This document shows positions 1-9,189 of a DNA stretch of 17,009 nucleotides, piece after piece. The translations under genes were made by a program, and so were the position numbers. Every line of letters begins with the position of its first letter. Within the stretch, counting starts at the first letter, position 1. The notes beneath the pieces are model-generated. The model was not told where the DNA came from and did not search any database. It worked only from the letters and a program-made list of their open reading frames with translations. The stretch is from Octopus sinensis (Eukaryota), in contig NW_021824923.1 of the NCBI RefSeq assembly GCF_006345805.1, positions 1-17,009 of the forward strand, written 5' to 3'.

Positions 1-262
1 TCAGTTTTGGATAGTGCACGATTTGCAGAATGCCGAATACCAATGAACTTCCCACCACTGATGCCTCTACGCTACCTGAATGGATAATTTATCTGTTGCT
101 TTGTGTTGTGCTGTCTGGTCATTAAACATGGTGTACTTCAACTAGATCTACCTCGAATTTTTATGTCGGTCCCCATTAATCAATATATATATATATATCT
201 TTGCAAATATGTATGTATGTATGTGTGTATGAATATATAAATATGTATATATAAATGTATTC

Positions 263-300
<38 letters not shown>

Positions 301-303
301 ATA

Positions 304-573
304 GGCGTAGGAGTGGCTGTGTGATAAGAAGCTTGCTTCCCAACCACATGATTCCGGGTTAAGTTCCACTGTATGGCACCTTGGGCAAGTGTCTTCTACT
401 TTAGTTTCGAGCTGATCAAAGCCTTGTGAGTGGATTTAGTAGCGGGAACTGAAAGAAGCCCGTTGTATATATGTACATATGTATGTATGTATGTAAGTAT
501 GTATGTATGTATGTATGTATGTATGTATGTATGTATGTATGTATGTATGTATGTATGTATGTATGTATGATGT

Positions 574-604
<31 letters not shown>

Positions 605-890
605 TATAGATAGATAGATAAATAGATAGACAAACATACATACATACACACACACACACATATATATAACAATATATATGTATGTATGTACTTGTGCGTC
701 TGTGTTCCCCCACCATCGCTTGACAACCGGTGTTAGTGTATTTACGTCCCCGTAACCTAGCGGTTCGGGAAAAGAGACCGATGGAATAAATACTAGGCTT
801 AAAAAGAATAAGTCCTGGGGTCGATTTATTCGACTAAAGGCAGTGCTCCAACATGGCCGCAGTCAAATGACTGAAATAAGTAAAAGAATA
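304..890 (+). mobile_element. Bipartite tRNA-derived SINE (octopus-type, CORE-like centre): head 304-465, internal microsatellite 466-690, tail 691-890
   Basis: A-box-like TGGCTGTGTGA (~314), B-box-like GGTTAAGTTCC (357-367), CORE-like CACCTTGGGCAAGTG. The head recurs at ~1025-1171 and the tail end (GGCAGTGCTCCAACATGGCCGCAGTCAAATGACTGAAA) recurs at 15847-15902. Confidence 0.85.
466..690. repeat. Compound microsatellite (ATGT)n(AGAT)n(AC)n(AT)n inside the SINE
   Basis: Directly visible tandem units. Confidence 0.95.
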
Positions 891-930
891 TTTATATACT
901 CGTGATGGTATTTTAATACCATCCTTTCTG

Positions 931-965
<35 letters not shown>

Positions 966-1024
966 GAAGTGGAGAGATAGCATAAATTCACCGTCAATCT
1001 GCTGTATGTACATGTATATAATAT

Positions 1025-1171
1025 GCACAGTGAGGTAAGAATTTGGCTTCCCAAATACATGGTTCTGGGTTCAAACCCACTGAGTTACACCCTGGGGAAC
1101 TGTTTTGTACTATAGGCCCGGGTCAACCAAAGACTTATGAGTGGTAGACGGAAACTAACAGAAGCCCATCG
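1025..1171 (+). mobile_element. Diverged head-only copy of the 304-465 SINE
   Basis: Aligns by eye to 304-465 (GCTTCCCAA..CATGGTTCTGGGTTCAAACCCAC...GGAAACT..AGAAGCCC). It is followed by (GT)n and has no tail. Confidence 0.8.
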
Positions 1172-1438
1172 TGTGTGTGTGTGTGTGTTATAATTTACAT
1201 ATATTTGCATATATACGTACATATACAAATGAGTTAGTTTTTACATAAAAAGTTGTCGCATAACCTTGAAACATATCTATTAAATGCATTTGAAATTGGT
1301 TTATGATATTTTTCAACTTACAACCCCCCCCCCCACACACACACAAGCAGATAGATAAACAAATGGATGGATGCATATATATATAACACTGTTAGTGTCC
1401 TATAGATATTTAAACATGTCATGTGTATCATATATATA

Positions 1439-1492
<54 letters not shown>

Positions 1493-1555
1493 AGAATTCA
1501 CAAAAAAAAACGAAGACAGGTGTGTAGACAACAAACAGATGTATTAGATTAACGC

Positions 1556-1590
<35 letters not shown>

Positions 1591-1899
1591 ACAGAGAGAG
1601 AGAGAGAGAAAGGAGGCAGTCAGAATTTTGGATAATTCTTTATTAGTACTTTTGTTCGTTTTTCGAACTCGTCAAAACAAAGTCAAAATAAAAATGATAA
1701 AAACCGAACGTTTCGTTGTTCATTTATATGAATCGGATGCTTTTTTGGTTTGTTGAGATTAGGAGAATATCGGTTTCTGTTGTTGTTTTTTGGGCGAGAG
1801 GGGGGGGGGAGAAAGAAAAGCAAAAAGGGGGGAAATAGACACAAAGAGAGGTTTCAGGACATCAAGAAAGAGAAAAATAATAAAGGAGGGGGAAAGGAT

Positions 1900-1934
<35 letters not shown>

Positions 1935-2032
1935 ATAGATAAATAGACAGATAAATCCTTTTTCTCAATATACAATATCTGTACATCACTTCAAACACAC
2001 ACACACACACACACTCGCACTCTCTCACTCTC

Positions 2033-2092
<60 letters not shown>

Positions 2093-2329
2093 TCTGACCT
2101 TCGTAACGTGGAGTAGATGAAATTAGGGCGACTGAAGAAGGGGAATTCTCCTTGTTTTGTATGTCCTGTACTCTATTTTTTCGTTGTTTAAAAAAATGTC
2201 CATTTCCTTGTTTTGTGTTTATGTTTTCGTTCTCTTGTGTTCGACGCGTTTTTTTGGTGTCCTGTACCCATATATGCATGTATATTACATGTAGAGGTAG
2301 TTACGTACATATATGTATGTATATATGCA

Positions 2330-2356
2330 TATATATTATATATATATATATATATA

Positions 2357-2400
<44 letters not shown>

Positions 2401-2562
2401 TATATAGTATATAGTATATATAATAATATATATATATATATATATGCATATATCTTATATATATATATTATATCTATATATATATATATATATATGCATT
2501 ATAGTATATATATATATATATATATAGTATATATATATTATATATATGCATATATTATATAT

Positions 2563-2603
<41 letters not shown>

Positions 2604-2698
2604 TATAGATTATATATATAGTATTATATATATATATTACATATATATATATATATATAATATATATCCATATATATTATATATATATATAATATATA

Positions 2699-2732
<34 letters not shown>

Positions 2733-2739
2733 TTATATT

Positions 2740-2772
<33 letters not shown>

Positions 2773-2810
2773 AATATCTATATTATATATGCGCGTATAT
2801 AAATATATTT
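2330..2810. repeat. Long degenerate (AT)n microsatellite
   Basis: Directly visible; it produces the spurious IY-repeat ORFs. Confidence 0.95.
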
Positions 2811-3235
2811 ATATATGTATGTCTATAAGAGATAGTGTTTGGCTGCGGTCAATTGCGCGCTCGCATGAAAAAGTGTCTGACTAGTTATGTACTGGAATAA
2901 ATAAGATTGTATCATTGTAAAAATAGTTCCATCTTGGTCATAACATTTCTCAAGTCAGATATTAATATGGATCTTATTCTTACAACACTGAGCACTGTTT
3001 CTCAAATCATTTATGTATATCAAAAACTAGATGTAGGTAGGTATAAATGTATGCATGCATGTCTGTACGCATGCAGTCATGCATACGTCTTTGTATGTAT
3101 ACGTGCATGCTTACATCTCCACATACATACATACGCACACACACACACACACAAATATATAAACTTACTTGGAAATGGATGCGTGGAGTTCAATTAAATA
3201 ATAAATAGTAAATAATATATAATATAATATATATA

Positions 3236-3484
3236 TACAGTTCTATATAGAGGAGGAATTATATACATTATTTACATTATTCACATTATTTACATATGAG
3301 GGATATTTGTCCTCATCTTGTTCGTTCTTAGCACAGCATTTCGGCTGATATACCCTCCAGCCTTCATCAGGTGTCTTATTTCGAACCTGGGTTCTCATTC
3401 CTATGGTATTTGTTGTTGTTGTTGTTGTTGTTATTCAGGTCACTACCTGGAATCGAATTCGGAATCTTGGGGTTAGTAACCCGC
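3236..3484 (-). mobile_element. Inverted, 5'-truncated copy of the tRNA-Ile-like SINE with hammerhead-like tail
   Basis: The reverse complement aligns with 3513-3751 and 15528-15730, including the terminal ATATAGAACTGTA. It lacks the first ~28 nt (A box). Confidence 0.9.
3330..3375 (-). ncRNA. Degenerate hammerhead-like motif in the inverted SINE copy
   Basis: Minus strand reads GACAC-CUGAUGA-A-GGCUG-loop10-CAGCC-GAAAUGCU-GUGCU. Core and stem II are perfect, but ACGU is changed to AUGC, so it is likely inactive. Confidence 0.6.
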
Positions 3485-3485
3485 T

Positions 3486-3558
3486 ATGGGAATATAATGT
3501 AGTGGTTAAGAGCGCGGACTACTAACCCCAAGATTCCGAGTTCGATTCCAGGCAGTGA

Positions 3559-3596
<38 letters not shown>

Positions 3597-3751
3597 GTAA
3601 CAACAACATCAAAAATACCATAGGAATGAGAACCCAGGTTCGAAATTTTCCCAAGACACCTGATGAAGGCCGTAGGGTATATCAGCCGAAACGTTATGTT
3701 AACAACAAAGACGAGGACAAATATCTGTCAAATGTAAATAATGTAAATAAT
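3486..3751 (+). mobile_element. tRNA-Ile(AAT)-like SINE: Pol III head, (AAT)n/(AAC)n linker, tail with hammerhead-like motif
   Basis: Head TGGTTAAGAGCGCGGACTACTAACCCCAAGATTCCGAGTTCGATTCC resembles eukaryotic tRNA-Ile TGGTTAGAGCGTGGTGCTAATAACGCCAAGGTCGCGGGTTCGATCCC. A box TAGTGGTTAA and B box GAGTTCGATTCC are present. Confidence 0.85.
3655..3700 (+). ncRNA. Minimal type I hammerhead ribozyme-like motif (Penelope-type), catalytic core intact
   Basis: GACAC-CUGAUGA-A-GGCCG-loop10-CAGCC-GAAACGUU-AUGUU. Core CUGAUGA 3660-3666, GAAA 3688-3691, palindromic ACGU 3691-3694, predicted GUU cleavage after 3695. One C.A mismatch each in stems I and II. Confidence 0.7.
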
Positions 3752-4012
3752 CTTTCACTTCCCACCTCCTTCACTTTCTTTCTCTCTGTCCTTTTTGCTT
3801 TTTCTTCTTTCAATTTCTGCTCTCTTCAAATATATTTTTACGGAATGAGCAGGAGGAACACAAAATGAGAAAAAGACAGAGATAAGAGAAAGAAACAGAG
3901 ACAGAAAACAGGTTTCTATAGGAGAAGATGAAAGACAAGGATAGCGGATGATAACTGCGGATATTTCATACCTTATGTATGTTCTATGTATGATGTTTCA
4001 TACCTTATGTAT

Positions 4013-4066
<54 letters not shown>

Positions 4067-4203
4067 TGTGTGTGTGTGTGTGTGCATGCGCGCGTATGTT
4101 CCTTATCCATTCCAGAATTGGGTTGACCATTTTGACGTATGGGGTATCAAAATATCCAATAATTTTTTGACTACCAAATAAACTATATTTTCCTTTACAT
4201 ATA

Positions 4204-5493
4204 CGAGGGACGTTCAATAAGTAATGCCTCTGACCCACTTGCAGTTATTTGATCTAGCTGAAATTGTGTATGTGCAATCATTTATATCTCTATAGAGTAA
4301 GTGACAAATTACAGCTCTGAATTAATTGTGGTTTCTGATTTACAGGTGTTTGAACCGAGTCAAGTGTGAAATGGAGCCTGTTGAGTGTCGAGCAGTGATC
4401 CGGTTTTTGTATTTGAAAGGACGCACACCACGGGAGACTTTTGATGAAATGAAAGTAACTTATGGTGATGATGCCCCATCATATGACCTTGTAAAACGCT
4501 GGCATCGTGAATTCAAACATGGTCGGAACTCTGTGGAAACAGCTCCCAGATCTGGTCGCCCCCTTCTGCCATTGATGAGGCATCTGTCCGTCAAGTTGAG
4601 GCTGCCATTTTGGAAGATCGACGCATAATTATTCGCCAAATAGCCCATGAGGTCAAGATTAGTACCGGGTCTGTGGAAACTATCATTCATGACCATTTGC
4701 ATATGCAAAAGGTGTCTGCCAGATGGATTCCCAGGTTGCTCACGCCTTTCCAGAAGCAAGAACGCGTCGAGTGCTCGAGGGTGAATTTGGAGATGTGCCA
4801 AGAAGATGAGTCAAAATTTTTCAAAAGACTGATTACACAGGATGAAACCTGGGTCCATCACGATGATCCAGAGACCAAATCCCAGTCAATGCAGTGGAAG
4901 CACCGTGACTCACCCCCTCCAAAGAAGGCAAGGGTGCAGCCCTCCACTGGCAAGGTCATACTCACAGTCTTCTGGGACCAGGACAGAGTAGTGATGACAG
5001 ATTTCCTGGCAAAGGGTACCACAATTGCAGGAGCCTATTATGCTTCACTATTGAGGAAATTAAGAGAAGTTATCAAAATCAAGAGGCGGGGCAAGATCAG
5101 CAAAGGCATCCTCCTCCTGCAGGACAACGCTCCGGTCCACAACTCGCTTGTCGCCAGATCAGAAGCACAGGCGTATGGCTATGAACTCCTCCCCATCCCC
5201 CTACTTTCCTGACCTTGCACCCTCTGATTTTCACCTCTTCCCAATCATGAAGTTGTTTTTGAAAGGAAAGCGTTTCCCAGATGATGCAGCCTTGATTTCT
5301 GAAGTCACATTGAGGTTGGAGGACCAAGCTGGGTTCTTCTACAAAAACGGTCTCCAGAGCCGTATCAAACGATGGGAGAAATGCGTAACTCTGGGTGGTT
5401 CCTATGTAGAAAAAGACTAATAACTGTGCCAAGTTTCGTTGCTCTTCTGCTATGAGAAGTGGGTCAGGGGCATTACTTATTGAACGCCCCTCG
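4204..5493 (+). mobile_element. Full-length mariner DNA transposon (1290 bp), irritans-like by inference
   Basis: 37-bp TIRs at 4204-4240 and 5457-5493 (35/37 match), TA target duplication at 4202-4203 and 5494-5495, internal transposase. Confidence 0.97.
4371..5420 (+). pseudogene. Mariner DD34D transposase with two frameshifts
   Basis: MEPVECRAVIRFL...SGRP (HTH), WIPRLL, ITQDETW, QDNAP, YFPDLAPSDF. D-to-D spacing is 34 after repair. Frameshifts at ~4560 and ~5190-5200. Confidence 0.93.
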
Positions 5494-6066
5494 TATATAT
5501 ATCTGAAGAATTATATATATCTCAACAACCAGCAATAGTTATTTGAAAGACACTGCTCTACAACGACCAGGTTTCATTAGAAAGTAAAAATAGTTTCATA
5601 CTTTCAATTTCAACCAAAATTACAGTGTTGCATTACGAGAGTGATGACGTTTCAATAATGAAAGTAATGTTTCGCCGAATTAGTCACATCTGTATTATAA
5701 TAAAGAAAGCTACTTGTCATCTATAATGTGATAAAGCTCTAACATTGTTTCACTTTGATTCTTTCACTTTTATTTCCAATGTGATAACATTAAGATCATC
5801 TTATTTTTATTATATTTGAAATAAATAAATAATTTGCATCCTAATATGAACAACATTACGCATCGGCCACCATAGCAGAATGGTGTGTCAGTGTATGTGT
5901 TGACTGACATAACGAACGGCTGGAGGTGAAATTCTTCACAAAAACAATGAGGTGGCAGGCCCTAAGTATATAAGAATACACATTTATCGTTCAGTTACCA
6001 GTTAATAATTATCGCAGCTGTTGCAAGTTACATATTTACCCTTAAATTAACATTTGATACATGTGC

Positions 6067-6110
<44 letters not shown>

Positions 6111-6113
<3 letters not shown>

Positions 6114-7064
6114 ATATATATTAAAAAATTATCTATAATAATTATTGTCGCATATATCGTTAAATTAGAAGTTCATGCATGTGCTTCTATTTGGTTAATT
6201 TATACTGCATAGAAAAATAAAAGCATACTATATACATACAACTGCTTACAAAAATAGGGATTAATGTATAATTTCTTTCTACGTACATAATTTTTTGTTT
6301 ACAATATTGGAAAAAATATGCCACCAAAGACAAGCCGTAATCTCTCTAGAAACAAGTATAAAGCAAGGAGGATTGTAGAAAACCGAAGACGAGAGTCTGA
6401 AGAGAGAAGCGAGATGAGATTCTCTCAAGATAACAAAGCATGCTACAGCACGGCAGCTGGAGTCTCAAGAGAGAAGGGAAATGAGACTTTCCCAGGATCA
6501 GCAAATCAATGTTTTGATGATTAGACAGAGGTCCAATAGAATAGCTCTCAGAAACAGACTACGTACAAATTCGTTCTTCACAACTCCTGAAGCTATTTTC
6601 AGATATGATCCATCCCATTCTTATAATAACTCTGTCCAAAATGGTGTGCTAAACACAAATTGTCGTTTCTGTAGAGGTTTAAAATTTTCAAATGAAACAA
6701 ATGGTACGTGCTGTTCAGGCGGTCGTGTAACATTGCCAGCACTACCAGCGAACGCTAGAGGAACAATCTTTGACAGGAGAAAAGATAGGAGAGGAGACAG
6801 ACAAGAATGTGTCTGGTCTGTGACACTGACCGAAAGAAAAGAAAGATGATCACGTGGGGAAAGAAAGATGGACGATGGTCACGTGTGAGCTACGAGAGAG
6901 TACAGGAGGAAGCGGTAGAGAGAGAGGGGGGACAGATAGAAAACGGTGAAGGGGAGAAAAAATAATTACAGAAAGGAAGAGAGAGAAAACGAAAGGGGAG
7001 TGAGAGAGAGAGAGTACAGGTCAGAGTTACATCAAAATTATTAAGATAAACTTACTTGGAAATG
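6111..7064 (+). mobile_element. Non-autonomous/truncated Helitron, 5' portion
   Basis: A|TCTATATATATTAAAA 5' terminus at 6111 followed by RepHel N-terminal coding remnant. No clear 3' hairpin-CTRR found. Confidence 0.75.
6318..6746 (+). pseudogene. Helitron RepHel N-terminal fragment (charged repeats plus Cys-rich zinc-finger-like motif), frameshifted
   Basis: MPPKTSR...ESEERSEMRFSQD / ESQERREMRLSQDQ repeats, then FRYDP...NTNCRFCRGLKFSNETNGTCCSGGRVTLPALP, matching the Helitron CxxCxxxKFxxExxGxCCxxGxVxLP motif. Confidence 0.85.
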
Positions 7065-7076
7065 TATATATATATT

Positions 7077-7221
7077 GATCAGAACTGTTTGATTCAAATT
7101 CCGTCACGTTTCACAGAATGATGCTAATCTTCGACCATTGGAAATTTGAATAAACAAATTTCCAATGGCTGAGGATTAGTATCATGCTTTGAAACGGAAT
7201 TTGAATCAAATTGTTTTCATC
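7077..7221. repeat. ~145-bp imperfect palindrome (MITE-like hairpin) with AATAAA loop
   Basis: TTTGATTCAAATTCCG...CCATTGGAAATTTG (7088-7148) is the near-perfect inverse of CAAATTTCCAATGG...CGGAATTTGAATCAAA (7155-7210). The loop is 7149-7154. Confidence 0.85.
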
Positions 7222-7455
7222 CATACATGTAACTCCCCAAAAATGTGTTGAGTGCTTTTCTTTCTTTATAAATGACGGGAGAAATAGAATGATAATATTT
7301 ATTCAACCATTGGAAAATTTTTATTCATCTCACAACAATTGTTTCGTAACTTAAAACAGGCAAAGATAATTTATATTTCATACGTGAATTGCTTACACAT
7401 CCGTATTAATATAAACAATTTTTTAAAATCCATGCAAATATTAAACTGTTTCTCT

Positions 7456-7632
7456 CATCGTTTATCATTATTTAACGTCTCTTTTTCCATGCTGGCATGG
7501 GTTAGACAGTTGGACAAGAACACACGAGTCGGTGGGCTCCACTAGGCTCTTTGTGTGCCTTGGCATGGTTCCCGCAGCTGGATGCCCTTCTTAATGCCAA
7601 CAAAACAACAGAGTGTACTGTGTGCTTTTAAG
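7456..7632 (-). mobile_element. RTE-related (Ceph-domain-like) SINE fragment
   Basis: Minus strand has TAAAAGCAC...TTGGCATTAAGAAGGGCATCCAGCTG and the RTE-like 3' end CATGCCAGCATGGAAAAAGAGACGTTAAATAATGAT. Recognised from memory of cephalopod SINEs. Confidence 0.6.
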
Positions 7633-7689
7633 TACACTTGTTTATGTAAATATTATATAGATAGATAGACATACATGACATATTGGGGT

Positions 7690-8845
7690 GGTAGTTTGAA
7701 TGTCTGAATGATTTATATGTTTTCTTATAGACACGTGGAAGTATCTGCTGTGTAAAATAAAGTGAAAGGTTACGGTTTCAAAGCGTTCTGTTGTGCATTG
7801 TTTGCAGAGTCTTTTGTAAAATGAGAATGGAGAAGGAGAGTATTTTCCAGTATATATTTTAGGGAGATCTATTTTTTTTTTGGTGTTATTTTTAGTGGCC
7901 GATGTGTTCTGATAGCATGGCCTGATTTTTTCTACTTGACTTACAGAATGAATAGACATATTTATAATATCTGATTTTAATTGTTTGATGTGAGCCGTAT
8001 ATATGTTAGCTTCGAGTATTTAATATAGACACTGGCAGAGTTGACTAGTTCTTTCTCTAGGTACTTTCCATCTAGATGTATGCATTCAGGTTTTTGAACT
8101 TGAATGATAACTAGTCACTATAATATATTTTTTTCATTTCAAAGTTCATGGTATTTGCGTGTGGGTGCAAAATATTTGTGCAAAACGTTAAAAATAGTTT
8201 AGCAACTGTTGTATTTGTTTGTAGGCTGGAGGCGGGTTGAATAATTTTTTTTTCTTTCTTGATAATGTCTAAGTTTGGTTTTCTGGTATGACTTTATCAT
8301 TGAAACTTTTTCCCGACAAGAGCTTCATTAATGGCGTAGGCTGCATCATTGAGTATATTTTCTTTTGGAGGAAGTGTTGAAAGTCGTTCTACCCTAAGTT
8401 CTTCATAATGTTCCGTAGATGGTTTGGCGATGTGCTGATGTGTTTTAGCTTTGCTGTGGACTTCATGTTATTTTCAATTTTCTAGGTTTAACGTAGTATT
8501 TTGGAAGTTTACTTTTTTCAGGTCTGGACTGAATGTTATAGAGAAAACTAAGTTTTCAAAGAAGAGGTGTAGGTTTTTCCTGAAATTCTCTATGAACAGG
8601 AGGTTAATTTTTCGTATAGCAACCCGCCGTCGCTATAAACGTCGTTTGTTACTGCTGGGAATTTGTCATAGAGAGTTTTAGAAAGTATAGGTCGGCCAAA
8701 TCACACTCAAGTTTTCGGAGTCTTTTACGTTTTTATTAATGTTGTAAGGTTCATTACTGTTCTTTTTTTCTTATTTAGGTGTGTAGTAAAATAACAGATT
8801 TTCTCGTATATTGCTGAACGCATCAGAACTAAGTTATACGCAGTC
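7690..8845 (-). pseudogene. Decayed Penelope-like element (RT C-terminal half plus GIY-YIG endonuclease)
   Basis: Minus-strand translation across frameshifts gives YTRKSVILL, DLADLYFLK, VYSDGGLL (degenerate YRDDGL, 8626-8637), FSPDLKKVNF..TLNL, HISTSPNH, RLSTL, FNPP, HKYFAP, KPEC..LDGKYLEKELV, TYIRLTSN (YIG, 7995-8003), KIRYY, LSEHI, IYWKIL, KRLCKQCTTERF. Confidence 0.85.
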
Positions 8846-9189
8846 AAATCAAACTCCTATCTAACTCCTAAATTGTACATTCTTGCCCGCATCTACTCGC
8901 CCTATTCTCGGCACTCTCTCATCTTGTTTGTGCAGTTCGCGATTAAACTGACCTGTATGTTGCTACTAAATTTTATGAAACAGTACTTGCTCTCATCTCA
9001 CTTCCTCACAACTTCTTGTTTAGATATTTGTGGCCGAAGTAATATGACTGCTACTTTTTATCAACACACAGTGTCAAAACGTTCCTGGGTTCTACTGTGT
9101 CACTACTTTGTGTAGATATTTTGTGTTTGTCTATCATTGCTATTATTGGGTTTAAGTACTAACGCGTAAGTCATAGGGCAGGAATCTTA

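Noticed and set aside
1-90. Possible exon at the window start (plus: LDSARFAECRIPMNFPPLMPLRYLNG*; minus after TTATCCATTCAG: SVEASVVGSSLVFGILQIVHYPKL)
   Set aside because: Short, cut by the window edge, no recognisable homology, and both strands are equally plausible.
2132-2151. Half-hammerhead CUGAAGA-A-GGGG-AAUU-CUCC with the same extra-A geometry
   Set aside because: No GAAA follows stem II, so the core is incomplete. It may be a remnant of another repeat but cannot be called.
148-2766. ORFs rich in IY, HT, VC, LS or ER repeats (also 14594-14926, 15985-16179, 16609-17007)
   Set aside because: Translations of stop-free microsatellites, not genes.
2844-2885. GC-rich patch followed by CTAG|T as a possible Helitron 3' end
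   Set aside because: The hairpin is weak, the spacing is long, and no matching 5' TC terminus could be assigned.
3488-3560. Functional tRNA gene with anticodon ACT
   Set aside because: Acceptor and anticodon stems do not pair properly, and it is fused to a repeated tail; it is a SINE head.
3964-4013. 18-bp perfect direct repeat TTTCATACCTTATGTATG
   Set aside because: Only two units next to a microsatellite; consistent with local slippage, not an array or TSD.
6387-6430. CTGAAGA followed by a GAGAG/CTCTC stem
   Set aside because: Lies within the Helitron coding repeat and lacks GAAA after the stem.
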